A DNA stretch of 64,000 bases, from positions 3,070-67,069 of the forward strand of contig JBFYNP010000067.1 in assembly GCA_041304325.1 (NCBI GenBank), written 5' to 3'. Origin of the DNA: Candidatus Bathyarchaeota archaeon. GTDB lineage: Archaea; Thermoproteota; Bathyarchaeia; TCS64. A program made the translations under genes and the position numbers. Below the pieces are notes generated by a model. It was given only the letters and a program-made list of their open reading frames with translations, was not told the DNA's origin and ran no database searches. Positions 29,289 through 39,065 of the stretch are shown in pieces (position 1 is the stretch's first letter; every line of letters starts with the position of its first letter).

Positions 29289-29630
29289 CTATCGCCAGGC
29301 AGTAAGTGTGACACCTACAAGTATCAGGAACATTCCAGCCCAGTTGGTTGGGGTAAACCCTTCTCCTAAGTAGACACTAGCGAACAGACCAACCCAAATA
29401 TAGGATGTTGCCAGTATTGGGTACAATATGCTCACTTCTCCGAAACTCAACGCATAAACGTAGATTAAGGTACATACCGCGTAAAGGGATAGCCCGATAA
29501 TGAGGTGAGTGTTGCTAAACAACTCATTTAGATTAAATGACATTTGTGAGGAGCCTTTTTTGATCTCTATCTGGCCAACAGCTCCGAGAAACGCAGCGAA
29601 AACCGTTATTATAATTGGCTTCCAGTCCAT
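29289..29630 (-). CDS. Small 4-TM membrane protein, EamA/SMR-like (DMT superfamily)
   Basis: 113 aa with four hydrophobic helices. The size and pattern resemble single EamA-domain/SMR transporters. Confidence 0.6.
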   Translation of the reverse strand: MDWKPIIITVFAAFLGAVGQIEIKKGSSQMSFNLNELFSNTHLIIGLSLYAVCTLIYVYALSFGEVSILYPILATSYIWVGLFASVYLGEGFTPTNWAGMFLILVGVTLTAWR

Positions 29631-29685
29631 GCTTCACCAATAATCTTAGGAGATTTAGAACTATCTCCCTTAACATTAAAATTTA

Positions 29686-30342
29686 TTATAACTTTTTTGT
29701 GGCTTTTTCTGTATAGAATGGTCCGTTTCGTGGAAGAACCTCCTCCTGAAAGGCTTCAGCATAGCTGCAGTTGCTCTGGATACCTCTAAGCTCTGCTTTC
29801 TTCAGATTCCAATCTTCATAGTAACGCCAAGGAAATTTAGCTAGCTGCGTCGGGTAGCAGGAGATAGCAGCTTTTTTCTTATCAACCATTTTTGAGACAT
29901 CTACTATTACACCTGGGTTAGGTATCAATGTGTTAATTTCCATGAGTAGGAGACGCTCCACTAGCCAGGGATCTTTATAAGTTGTAGTATGGGCACCCCA
30001 CTCGATTGCTTCCTTAACGAGGTTATACGTTGCACGGTGGTCAACATGATAATCGTATGGAAGATGAGTTATAACGATTCTAGGTTTCTCCGCAACGATA
30101 AAGTCCGCTACAAATTTCACCTTCAATCTCGAATTATTGACTTCGTCCTCATTCAAGACATGTGGATCAGCGATACCTAATTCTCGGCAAGCATCTACGA
30201 TTTCTTTTCGTCTTTCCCGAGGATTACAGGTGATGCATAATACGCAAGCATCCCCCCCGTTTGCGGCGTGAAGAGCGAGTGTTCCTCCGCAGCCAAAAGT
30301 TTCATCATCAGGGTGGCTGACCACAGCGAGTATACCTTTCAC
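29686..30342 (-). CDS. bshB: PIG-L/LmbE-family deacetylase, BshB-like
   Basis: The AVVSHPDDETFGCGGTLA zinc-binding signature is followed by a HVDH motif. GTG start. Confidence 0.8.
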   Translation of the reverse strand: MKGILAVVSHPDDETFGCGGTLALHAANGGDACVLCITCNPRERRKEIVDACRELGIADPHVLNEDEVNNSRLKVKFVADFIVAEKPRIVITHLPYDYHVDHRATYNLVKEAIEWGAHTTTYKDPWLVERLLLMEINTLIPNPGVIVDVSKMVDKKKAAISCYPTQLAKFPWRYYEDWNLKKAELRGIQSNCSYAEAFQEEVLPRNGPFYTEKATKKL

Positions 30343-30466
30343 AGGTTCAATCTTCTCATATTGAGGTTTAGAATCTTCCGCATCAAAAACAAAATACTTT
30401 CAACATAACTCAGATACCTACAATAATTATAACGCCTTTAAAGGACGGATTGACGCTCTCTCCACA

Positions 30467-31369
30467 TTGAAAACGATGCTTCCCGTTGCTGAGGCAGATG
30501 GTGTTACACTTTACTGCCCTAAAGGAGGAAGATATGCCTTCTTTAACAGTCCATATCCTGCTCATCGGCTCATGGCTGGGCTTGATATCTATACAGACTC
30601 CTGGTTCGGTGATACCTACCCCTCCCCGGTCTCAGGGACCATCGTAAATGTTAGAAAAATCAAAGCGCCAACGGGTCGTTTATTCAAAGTTGCAGGGTAC
30701 GACTCAATTATTATTATAAGGAGTGTTGAAAACCCGGTAAGGATTGTGAAAATCCTTCATATAGATACGGATCTAACTCCAGGAGATAAGGTTCAAATCG
30801 GTGATGAGCTTGGCGTCATGTTAAGATCAGGTTACTTTGGTTTTTATACCCCAGCTCACGCTCACGTCGAGATTAGACCTCTTGAGGACTCACTACGAGT
30901 TAGAGGTGGGTGTCAAATACGCAGTCTCTTAAATTTGAAGGAAGTCAAACAAATTAACGATTTAAAGGGAACCGTAATGAAGGTAGACCTCGATATTGCC
31001 CAAATACGATTAGATAATGCTAAGAGTGTTGGGCTTCCCGTTGAAGTGGATGGAAAACCCGGTATTCTTGATGGAGGGATCTCTACGTTTGGTTGGGTAG
31101 GAGCTCATGTTAACGATGCACCCATTAACGGAGAAATTAAACTCCTCGGAGTACCAATCGCCACAATAACCAACTCAAATACGCGGATTTGCCTTGGAGA
31201 TTGCACTCCATTCAGATTAGAGGCAAAAAACGTTGAAGTTGGACTCTATCTCACGCTTCAGGAATTTGGGCCCGTCCAGATCACTATATCCCCAAGAAAA
31301 TTAGGTAGCGTTTACTTCAAAGAAGGAGAGGAAATTGAGATCACAATAAAACATCTAGGAAATGCTTAA
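30467..31369 (+). CDS. Hypothetical protein with M23/LytM-like metallopeptidase signatures
   Basis: Has HRLMAGLDIY (HxxxD-like), GDKVQIGDELG and PAHAHVEIRP (HxH like the HLHFEIR of M23). No signal peptide was seen. Confidence 0.4.
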   Translation: MKTMLPVAEADGVTLYCPKGGRYAFFNSPYPAHRLMAGLDIYTDSWFGDTYPSPVSGTIVNVRKIKAPTGRLFKVAGYDSIIIIRSVENPVRIVKILHIDTDLTPGDKVQIGDELGVMLRSGYFGFYTPAHAHVEIRPLEDSLRVRGGCQIRSLLNLKEVKQINDLKGTVMKVDLDIAQIRLDNAKSVGLPVEVDGKPGILDGGISTFGWVGAHVNDAPINGEIKLLGVPIATITNSNTRICLGDCTPFRLEAKNVEVGLYLTLQEFGPVQITISPRKLGSVYFKEGEEIEITIKHLGNA

Positions 31370-31425
31370 AGGAGATGTTAACCGGCTTCTATTTAATACC
31401 TTAACCAAAAAGGGAGAATAGATGC

Positions 31426-32496
31426 ATGACAATAAAAGTAGCTGTAGCCGGAGTTGGAAACTGCGCTTCTGCCCTGATTCAAGGAGTTGAATTCTATAAA
31501 AACGTAGAGAAGGACGATGACATTCCGGGAGTCATGCATGCCTACTTCGGAAAATATCATATACGCGACATCGAATTCGTCACCGCCTTTGAGGTCAACA
31601 AGAAAAAAATCGGTAAGGACCTCTCAGAAGCAATATGGGCAGAGCCAAACTGCTGCGCCAAGTTCAGTGATGTTCCTAAGATGGGGGTTAAGGTTGAAGC
31701 AGGCCCTATAAGTGATGGTGTCGCCCCTCACATGTATGAGGCTTTCCACGTCGACAAAACTATCAAACCAGTAGATGTTGCGGACACACTAAAAGAAAAT
31801 GGCGCAGATATGCTTGTAAATTATCTGCCTGTAGGCTCTGCAAAAGGAACCCAGCTCTACGCTCAAGCTTGCCTCGACGCTAAAGTAGCTATGATCAACT
31901 GCATCCCAGAGTTTATCGCTTCGAACCCCACTTGGGCTAAGAAATTTATTAAAGCAAAAATACCTGTAGCTGGAGATGACATCAAGAGCCAGATCGGTGC
32001 TACCATTGTGCACCGTGTACTTGCCAAATTATTTTACGATCGCGGAGTCAAGATGGATTCAACTTATCAGCTAAACATCGGAGGGAACACCGATTTCCTC
32101 AACATGACGGTGGAGAAGAGGCTTCAGACGAAGCGGATAAGCAAAACTGAAGCTGTTAAGAGTTTAATACCTTATGACGTACCCACCAGAATTGGCCCCA
32201 GCGACTACGTTCCATTCTTAGAGGACCATAAAGTCTGCTATATACGAATCAACGGCAAAGGCTTCGGGGATCTACCACTCCTCTTCGACGGTAAGCTCCT
32301 CGTTAACGATAGCCCCAATAGTGGAGGTGTAGTAATCGACCTAATCCGAGCCGTCAAAATCGCGTTAGACAGAGGTCTTTATGGACCTCTACTCGGGATA
32401 AGCAGCTACAGTTTCAAACATCCCCCAATACAAGTTCCTGACGACGAAGCGAAGAACTGGGTTGAAGACTTTATAACCGGGAAAAGAAACGACTAA
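31426..32496 (+). CDS. myo-Inositol-1-phosphate synthase (archaeal/bacterial short type)
   Basis: 356 aa. Has IKVAVAGVGNCASALIQG at the N-terminus, the GDDIKSQIGAT and NIGGNTDF motifs, and PSDYVPFL. Confidence 0.85.
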   Translation: MTIKVAVAGVGNCASALIQGVEFYKNVEKDDDIPGVMHAYFGKYHIRDIEFVTAFEVNKKKIGKDLSEAIWAEPNCCAKFSDVPKMGVKVEAGPISDGVAPHMYEAFHVDKTIKPVDVADTLKENGADMLVNYLPVGSAKGTQLYAQACLDAKVAMINCIPEFIASNPTWAKKFIKAKIPVAGDDIKSQIGATIVHRVLAKLFYDRGVKMDSTYQLNIGGNTDFLNMTVEKRLQTKRISKTEAVKSLIPYDVPTRIGPSDYVPFLEDHKVCYIRINGKGFGDLPLLFDGKLLVNDSPNSGGVVIDLIRAVKIALDRGLYGPLLGISSYSFKHPPIQVPDDEAKNWVEDFITGKRND

Positions 32497-32498
32497 TT

Positions 32499-32999
32499 TT
32501 ACTTTTTAAACCAGAGCGCAAGCTCCGTCTTCGCCTCATCCAGGTTTCCAGAAGCGTGAATGAGGTTCTCACAAGCCCGTCCTTCAGCTGTGCTCTTCGC
32601 AATGGTGTCTAAACCATAGTCACCTCGGATGCTACCCTTTTCTGCAGTAGCTGGATCTGTATACCCTGTTATTTTACGTACTTCTGAAACAGCCTCTTCT
32701 CCACCGATCCTAACGACCAGCACAGGGTTTCTAGTGAAATATTTTCTTAACCTCTCTAGAACTTTGAACCCGTGTGCAAGAGGATCAATTATATCAGGAG
32801 AAGCCAACTGTGCTTTTTTGCCTACAGATAATGCCATCGTATCAGGGTAATGTTGTTTTAAAATAGTTTCATCTATCTTCTTAAAATATTTCAGATCTAA
32901 CACTTTAAGACCATTATTCTCGAATCGTTTAATGCATACTCCGATAAGGTTTCTTTCTAAGGCGTCAGGTTTCAATATTACCAATGTTTCCTGATACAT
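32499..32999 (-). CDS. ndk: Nucleoside diphosphate kinase-like protein
   Basis: Has TLVILKPDALERNLIG, IRGDYG and NLIHASG (catalytic His). It sits in the conserved position after L24e. Confidence 0.85.
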   Translation of the reverse strand: MYQETLVILKPDALERNLIGVCIKRFENNGLKVLDLKYFKKIDETILKQHYPDTMALSVGKKAQLASPDIIDPLAHGFKVLERLRKYFTRNPVLVVRIGGEEAVSEVRKITGYTDPATAEKGSIRGDYGLDTIAKSTAEGRACENLIHASGNLDEAKTELALWFKK

Positions 33000-33150
33000 A
33001 ACTCACAGTGAGATAACTCGAACCTATTAACAGTTAGGATAAAACGGGGTTATTTCAAACAACTGAACAAAAAAATCGACGTTGAAGCATAAAATAATTT
33101 GAAACAAAAATTATTCAATAAAATAAAAATTTCGCGTTTAAACTGTAGGG

Positions 33151-33336
33151 TTACCGTTGCTTACCCCATGAGGTTGTCCACTTGAATTTTCGTGGGTCAC
33201 GCCCCATAATAACTACGCTCTTTCTGCATTTTGATGAGCAAAAGCGAAGTAAACGGCCATCTCGTCGGACGAAATTAATGCCAGTTCCAGGCATAACCTC
33301 GTAGCCACAGAAACTACACTTGTGAGTAATAGGCAT
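33151..33336 (-). CDS. rpl24e: Ribosomal protein L24e (eL24)
   Basis: Has [31 protein letters not shown]. Confidence 0.9.
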   Translation of the reverse strand: MPITHKCSFCGYEVMPGTGINFVRRDGRLLRFCSSKCRKSVVIMGRDPRKFKWTTSWGKQR

Positions 33337-33345
33337 TCTATACAC

Positions 33346-33558
33346 CTACCGAATCTTCCTAGCTTCTCGCTCGGTCTCTCGTAGCAGAAGTAAGTCGTCA
33401 ATTCTCACAGGGCCTTTTACGTTCCGAGTGATGATCCTACCCTTGTCCCTACCATCCTCTATTCTGACACGAACCTGCATAACCTCTCCAGTTAATCCAG
33501 TTCTACCAAGTATCTGAATAACTGTCGCAGGAGTCAGAATTTCGGTTTCTTCGGACAT
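33346..33558 (-). CDS. rps28e: Ribosomal protein S28e (eS28)
   Basis: Has [17 protein letters not shown]...[28 protein letters not shown]. Confidence 0.9.
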   Translation of the reverse strand: MSEETEILTPATVIQILGRTGLTGEVMQVRVRIEDGRDKGRIITRNVKGPVRIDDLLLLRETEREARKIR

Positions 33559-33569
33559 TCAGGCAGCAC

Positions 33570-33953
33570 CTACTTTACGATGCTCTTGAGCTTCTCTACG
33601 ATCTCCGCCACAAGCTTTTCAGCGTCTCCGGATTCCTCGATCGCGGCTGCAGCTGAGCCAACACCGAGTCCGAGAGCCTCACCGATACGCTGTTTGTCGG
33701 GAACATAAACGTAAGGCGCTTTTCTCTCCTCGCATAGAAGCGGAAGATGAGCTACGACCTCTGGCGGGGTGACGTTCTCAGCGATGAGAACAAGCTTGGC
33801 TTTACCACGCTCAACGGTTTTAGTAGCTTCGTTAGTGCCTTTTCGGATTTTACCGGATTCCCTAGCGATCTTTAGAGCTTCATAAGCTGCTTCAGATACC
33901 TCTTTAGGGACTGTGAACTTCACGTAGAATGGTTTCGAAGGATCAGATGACAT
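33570..33953 (-). CDS. rpl7ae: Ribosomal protein L7Ae (eL8; kink-turn binding)
   Basis: Has [30 protein letters not shown]...HLPLLCEE. Confidence 0.93.
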   Translation of the reverse strand: MSSDPSKPFYVKFTVPKEVSEAAYEALKIARESGKIRKGTNEATKTVERGKAKLVLIAENVTPPEVVAHLPLLCEERKAPYVYVPDKQRIGEALGLGVGSAAAAIEESGDAEKLVAEIVEKLKSIVK

Positions 33954-34014
33954 TTCATTTCCTCCAGTAGCATACTATGGCTGCAGAGTGTATTTTTAAA
34001 CGTTACTAAGAAGG

Positions 34015-35727
34015 TCAATCATGCGCGTAATAGAATACCCATGGATGTACCTGGTCGACTCTAACGAAGCCGAAGCGTTCAAACTGAATCATATCATCGA
34101 TCTTGAGGCCCTCGCACTTTCTCTCTGCGATTCCCTCTTTTATTGATGCATCAGGCATTATGACTTTTACAGGCATACTAATCTCTTCTGTAAGCCAGTG
34201 TATGAATGGGGCGTTGAGGTCTCGAGCTTTTTGATGATCTCGGCTATGATACTCTGCTGATGCGCCAACCTTCGTTGTCTTCGTTACTTTTACGTTCATT
34301 AACCCCATTAGGCGGACCACTTTTCCTACAGAAGCCTCAATGTCCTTCCGGGGCATCAGGAATACAACCTGTTTAGATGGCTTGATAATATATTCGCGAT
34401 CGCCTCTCTCAGGATGATCGGGATGTAAATGAAGTTTAGCGGTGTGCTCAGCTATGATTCCTTTCACTTTAACAGGTATTTTACCGTCTACGAAGAAGTA
34501 TCTGTTTGCCCGAGGCTCGATTATCTTCCGATTGGCTGCTGCAATATTTCCCCAACTTAAGGTACCGTTAATGGGCTTTGGCCCTACTTGAACCATAATA
34601 TCCCTGACGGTTTCAGGCTGAAGCCCTCGACGACGTAGTGCTCTGAGAGTCCCAAGCCTCGGGTCATCCCAGCCAGTAAAAGCACCGCTTTCTACACCAG
34701 CCCTAATCTTAGATTTACTTAGGATACCCGCCTCTATTCCAAGGCGTCCGATGTTAATAATCTCAGGATACTGCCAACCCATATGATCGTAAAGCCATTT
34801 TTGTCGAATACCGTTTGTCTCATGCTCCTTCCCTCGAATAACATGGCTTACCTCCATTAGATGGTCATCTATGGCACAGCTGAAATTGTATAGCGGCCAT
34901 ACACGGTATTTGCGACCTACACGAGGGTGACTGTGAGAGGCGATGCGAAGCGCCGGCCAATCACGAATAGCGGGGTTTGGATGAGTTATATCTGTCTTGA
35001 TACGAACAACCGCCTGTCCTCTTTTATATTCACCATCAAGCATTCGGCTCCATCTTTTCAAGTGCTCTTCCGGAGACTGTTCACGGCATGGACAAGGTAG
35101 TTTCGCCATATAGAGTTCCTTATAGGCCTCAGAGCTGCAAGTGCAAACGTATGCAGCACCTTTCTTGAGGACATGCTCAGCGATATCATAATATGATTTT
35201 AGCCTATCAGATTGAATGTAAGTCTCATCAACTTTAACACCCAACCAATCGAGATCCTGAGGTATCCATTCATACATCTGAGGAATCGGCGGTTTAACGT
35301 CGGCGGAGGTGTCCTCAAATCGAAGAATGAAATGGCCTTTATACATTTTCGCGTACTCATCACAGAACATTATGGGTTCAGCGCTACCAAGATGGAGTGG
35401 ACCATCAGGATTAGGTGCAAACCGAGTTTTCACCATAGGCCACTGATGTACATTCTTTAAAGCAGGCATTGTTTTTCTATTCTCAACTTTTTTAGCCTCA
35501 AATAACTCCGGGTGCTTTGCGGCTTCAATTTGCTGTTTCTCTGAGCTCCAACTATTAATCTCAATCACAACGCTTGCTATGATGCGCTGAACTTCTTTCG
35601 CATTTGTTTTAGCTTCAGGGAACTCGGCGAATATTCGCCCCATCACTGAACCAGGGTTTGCCTTCCCACCGTACTGAACGGCATTAAACAAAGCATACTT
35701 TACAGCAGCTTCCCGAATATCTTCCAT
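34015..35727 (-). CDS. gltX: Glutamyl-tRNA synthetase (archaeal type)
   Basis: 570 aa. Has RFAPNPDGPLHLGS (HIGH region) and LSKSK (KMSKS region). Confidence 0.93.
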   Translation of the reverse strand: MEDIREAAVKYALFNAVQYGGKANPGSVMGRIFAEFPEAKTNAKEVQRIIASVVIEINSWSSEKQQIEAAKHPELFEAKKVENRKTMPALKNVHQWPMVKTRFAPNPDGPLHLGSAEPIMFCDEYAKMYKGHFILRFEDTSADVKPPIPQMYEWIPQDLDWLGVKVDETYIQSDRLKSYYDIAEHVLKKGAAYVCTCSSEAYKELYMAKLPCPCREQSPEEHLKRWSRMLDGEYKRGQAVVRIKTDITHPNPAIRDWPALRIASHSHPRVGRKYRVWPLYNFSCAIDDHLMEVSHVIRGKEHETNGIRQKWLYDHMGWQYPEIINIGRLGIEAGILSKSKIRAGVESGAFTGWDDPRLGTLRALRRRGLQPETVRDIMVQVGPKPINGTLSWGNIAAANRKIIEPRANRYFFVDGKIPVKVKGIIAEHTAKLHLHPDHPERGDREYIIKPSKQVVFLMPRKDIEASVGKVVRLMGLMNVKVTKTTKVGASAEYHSRDHQKARDLNAPFIHWLTEEISMPVKVIMPDASIKEGIAERKCEGLKIDDMIQFERFGFVRVDQVHPWVFYYAHD

Positions 35728-36135
35728 TCAACTAACCTCGAGGAGCGTATCTTGAGAAGATGACTATGAGAAGGCTATTAGGCTTTACGTCACTTCACAA
35801 ACTTTATGTAAAAGTAATTACGATTTGTGTCGATTAATTAACTTATTTTTAAATTTGATTGTTTTTAATAAATAATATCAAAGATGGAAGTGAAGATCAA
35901 ATCCTGTAAAATGCTTCAATTGGGAATCCATCAATGTCAAGCTGCGCTTTATTCACTTTTATTTTAAATACTAATTATATTTAGTAACTCTAGCTTATTC
36001 AACATTATTGGACTTCAATTTTTTAAGATATGGTTTTCAATTCATAAATGAAAAAAATTGTTTATGTTTCTCAAATTTACTACTATAAAAAATAATCCTA
36101 TAGTTTAAAGAGTAGTTTAATATTGAATTATTTCC

Positions 36136-37140
36136 CTAATAAAGACGTTTTGTAAAGTAGTTTATTAGTTCATGGAGATCATTTTTCGCTCTTGATTCAG
36201 TGAAACTATCAAGCTGTTTCCTAGCCTGAGTTAAGTAACGATCGGCTTTTTTCGAGGCATAATCGATACTTCCAAGGTATTGGAGAACCTGAATCGCTTC
36301 TTCGAAGTCTTCCTTCTTTCCGTTTTTGTTCCCTATTACGGTTTCCAGGATCTTTTTCTGCCTTCCCTTCGCATGTTTTAGAGCATGTATGATGATCAGA
36401 GTCTTTTTTCCTTCTCGGAGATCACTCCCAACGGGTTTACCGAGTGTATTCTCATCTGCAGTTATACCTAATATATCGTCTACTATTTGGAAGCTGATCC
36501 CAGCAGCGTAAGCAAACTTTCCAATTGCGTTTACTTGTCTTTTAGATCCTCCACCAACTATAGCACCAACCTCTGCGCATGCTCTGAATAATGCGCTGGT
36601 TTTTCCTCCGATCATCAGGATATAATCTTCCTCCGATACTATCGCCGCGTTCGGGAAGCTCAAATCTAAAGTCTGTCCTTCACATAATTCGATAGTAGCT
36701 CGGGTAGCAGCTTCAACACAGGCGCATTTCTTCTTAGCGCTTAATGTTGGAGGTGCATGAATCGTGAAAGCCTCGTAAACTTTCGCGAAGAGGAGGTCCC
36801 CTGCACATATAGCTATAGGAACGCCATATTTGGTGTGAACTGTCGTTGTTCCACGTCGAATTGGATCATTATCCATGACATCATCATGAACGAGTGTGAA
36901 GTTATGTAAGATCTCTAACCCAGCTGAAAAGGGAATTGCGTCTTCGGGTTTTCCTCCAACGATCTCACATGACTTTATGGTGAGGTAGGGTCTTAACCTT
37001 TTTCCACCTGCCATCACAAGATGTCTTGAAGCATCATAAAGAACCTCGGGGCGACGTGGTTTAAGCAGTATGTCGATAAATGCGTCGACTCCAACAGCAT
37101 TTTTAATTAACTTTGTTTTGATGATTTCTTCGCTACTCAT
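36136..37140 (-). CDS. Geranylgeranyl diphosphate synthase (trans-polyprenyl synthase)
   Basis: First Asp-rich motif is LVHDDVMDND; the second is QIVDDILG. Confidence 0.9.
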   Translation of the reverse strand: MSSEEIIKTKLIKNAVGVDAFIDILLKPRRPEVLYDASRHLVMAGGKRLRPYLTIKSCEIVGGKPEDAIPFSAGLEILHNFTLVHDDVMDNDPIRRGTTTVHTKYGVPIAICAGDLLFAKVYEAFTIHAPPTLSAKKKCACVEAATRATIELCEGQTLDLSFPNAAIVSEEDYILMIGGKTSALFRACAEVGAIVGGGSKRQVNAIGKFAYAAGISFQIVDDILGITADENTLGKPVGSDLREGKKTLIIIHALKHAKGRQKKILETVIGNKNGKKEDFEEAIQVLQYLGSIDYASKKADRYLTQARKQLDSFTESRAKNDLHELINYFTKRLY

Positions 37141-37186
37141 ATGGGTCAGACCGCTTGGTGATTAGCATCATTATGGGAAATAAAAG

Positions 37187-38275
37187 TTAACGGATCGCGT
37201 ATTCTTCCGGTTTGAAACCGCGGATCCTAAGCCACTCTCCGGTGCGCCCCGTAATGATCACAGGAACTTTCTTCATCCTTTCGACACTTTCAGCCCCAGA
37301 TAGGAACATAACAACCTTGAGCTCACGAATGATATCTTCGATGTGAGCAAGGAGAATATCTCTCCCTTTTACTGCACTTTCAAGTAATGGTTTTGCTATA
37401 CCAACCATGTCTGCGCCTAATGCGATACATTTTGCTGTATCAGCCCCGCTACGAACGCCCCCACTTGCGATTATAACCTTCCTACTGGCCTTACGAACTT
37501 CCACGACACTCACCGCAGAGGGTATACCCCAATTCCATAAGCCTGCTCCGAGTTTTTCCTGCTCAGGTTTGCTTACCTCTTTCGCAATATAATGCTCCAC
37601 TGCAGACCAGCTCGTACCGCCTACACCACTGACTTCAAAGCCAGCAACGCCGGCATAATCAAGAAGCGTAGCGTCTTCATATGAAATACCAGCACCAGTC
37701 TCCTTAGTAACAATAGGGGTATCAATACTGTTAGAGAGATCCCTAATTTTGTTTAAGATACCCTCGTAATTGGTATCACCCCCAACCTGAACCGCTTCTT
37801 GGAGGGGATTCATATGTATTGTAAGAGCATCGGCGTCTATCATCTTCACGCAAGTTTCTGCTTCTTTGGTTCCCCACCCTTTCGCTAGTTGGGGGCACCC
37901 CATATTCGCTAAAATTAGTGCGTTTCGGGCTTTTTTTCTTACTACGCTAAATGTTTTATTAAGTTTAGGCTGCTCTACCGCGATTCTTTGACTTCCCACA
38001 CATATGCCTATGTTTAGCTCCTCGGCGACTGAGGCGAGAATTGCGTTGATCTTCATAGCCTCATCTGTTCCTCCTGTTATCGCGGAGATAATTAGCGGTG
38101 CATTTAGAGTTTTTCCGAAAAGGGTAACATGAGTATCAACCCTCTCAAGATCAAGTTCAGGTAAACAACGATGTAATAATGACACATCATTGAGACCAGT
38201 CCCTACGTCTGTCTCAACTTGATTCTCTAGACTTATTCTTATATGGCGGAGCTTCCTCTTTTCAATCTCGGTCAA
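37187..38275 (-). CDS. fni: Type 2 isopentenyl-diphosphate delta-isomerase (FMN-dependent)
   Basis: 362 aa TIM-barrel. VKETGAGIS and ASGGVRSGADTAKCIALGADMVG are typical of IDI-2. TTG start. Confidence 0.9.
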   Translation of the reverse strand: MTEIEKRKLRHIRISLENQVETDVGTGLNDVSLLHRCLPELDLERVDTHVTLFGKTLNAPLIISAITGGTDEAMKINAILASVAEELNIGICVGSQRIAVEQPKLNKTFSVVRKKARNALILANMGCPQLAKGWGTKEAETCVKMIDADALTIHMNPLQEAVQVGGDTNYEGILNKIRDLSNSIDTPIVTKETGAGISYEDATLLDYAGVAGFEVSGVGGTSWSAVEHYIAKEVSKPEQEKLGAGLWNWGIPSAVSVVEVRKASRKVIIASGGVRSGADTAKCIALGADMVGIAKPLLESAVKGRDILLAHIEDIIRELKVVMFLSGAESVERMKKVPVIITGRTGEWLRIRGFKPEEYAIR

Positions 38276-38279
38276 TAGT

Positions 38280-39065
38280 TTATCTCCTAAGCCTTGTGCA
38301 CTTCACGTTTTTCCCAAGTAATGCATTGTATATAAAATCGGGTTTTAATGCGTTTATAATTCGTACATCTACCCCAGCTTCAACTGCGGAAGCTGCTTCC
38401 TGCACCTTACCGAGCATCCCCCCCGTAACATCTATGGAAAGGGATTCACCGATCTTTAAAATATCCTTCATATTGCTGAGAGATAAATCCTCAATAAGTC
38501 TTGCTTTTAAGGTAAGTTTCGGATTCGCGGTATATACTCCATCTACGTCTACACCGTAGATAAGACGCTGAGCTTTCAAATCTATAGCGAGCCTTGCTGC
38601 TAACTGATCGCCACTGAGGATAGTAAATTTCATCTCTGTGTCTAACACTGCGTCGCCATAAAGAACAGGGACCATACCAGCTTTGACATACTGCTCTACA
38701 ATGTTGAAATCTACTTCTCCAATCCTTCTGCCGTTTGTGATTATGAAACTACTAGGGTTAACTGATACTGCGGGTACAAATGAATCTATTAATGCATTAA
38801 CAACTAAGGAGTTGAGTTGGATCATGGCTTGTCTAGTTTTACTGAATCCTGGAAGTTGAATATCGGATGTGTAACCGTGGCTTATATCGAACTGCTTCGC
38901 GAGTGGATGACCATAGCTTCCTCCGCCATGCACAATTACAATCCCTCGTCCACCAGCATTAGATATCTCACGAGTAATCCGATCGATAGCAATGGTATTT
39001 GCGGACATCGGTTGATCTTTATTGGTAATGACGGATCCTCCGAGTTTAAGAATTTCCAGCTTCAA
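38280..39065 (-). CDS. Isopentenyl phosphate kinase (amino acid kinase fold)
   Basis: Has ILKLGGSVITNK and VHGGGSYGH. It sits between mvk and fni. TTG start. Confidence 0.88.
   Translation of the reverse strand: MKLEILKLGGSVITNKDQPMSANTIAIDRITREISNAGGRGIVIVHGGGSYGHPLAKQFDISHGYTSDIQLPGFSKTRQAMIQLNSLVVNALIDSFVPAVSVNPSSFIITNGRRIGEVDFNIVEQYVKAGMVPVLYGDAVLDTEMKFTILSGDQLAARLAIDLKAQRLIYGVDVDGVYTANPKLTLKARLIEDLSLSNMKDILKIGESLSIDVTGGMLGKVQEAASAVEAGVDVRIINALKPDFIYNALLGKNVKCTRLRR

Noticed and set aside
31426-32496. myo-Inositol-1-phosphate synthase as evidence for a mycothiol-type pathway
   Set aside because: The glycosyltransferase follows BshA rather than MshA motifs. The ligase is BshC-like rather than MshC-like (a CysRS paralog). 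MIPS is common in archaea for inositol phospholipids. It is kept only as a caveat about the acceptor substrate.
35728-36135. Long AT-rich non-coding gaps (also 6513-7058, 51245-51533 and 51963-52392) as candidate replication origins
   Set aside because: I found no repeated origin-recognition-box-like elements or long inverted repeats in them, and no orc1/cdc6 gene is adjacent. They may simply be promoter or terminator regions of an AT-rich genome.
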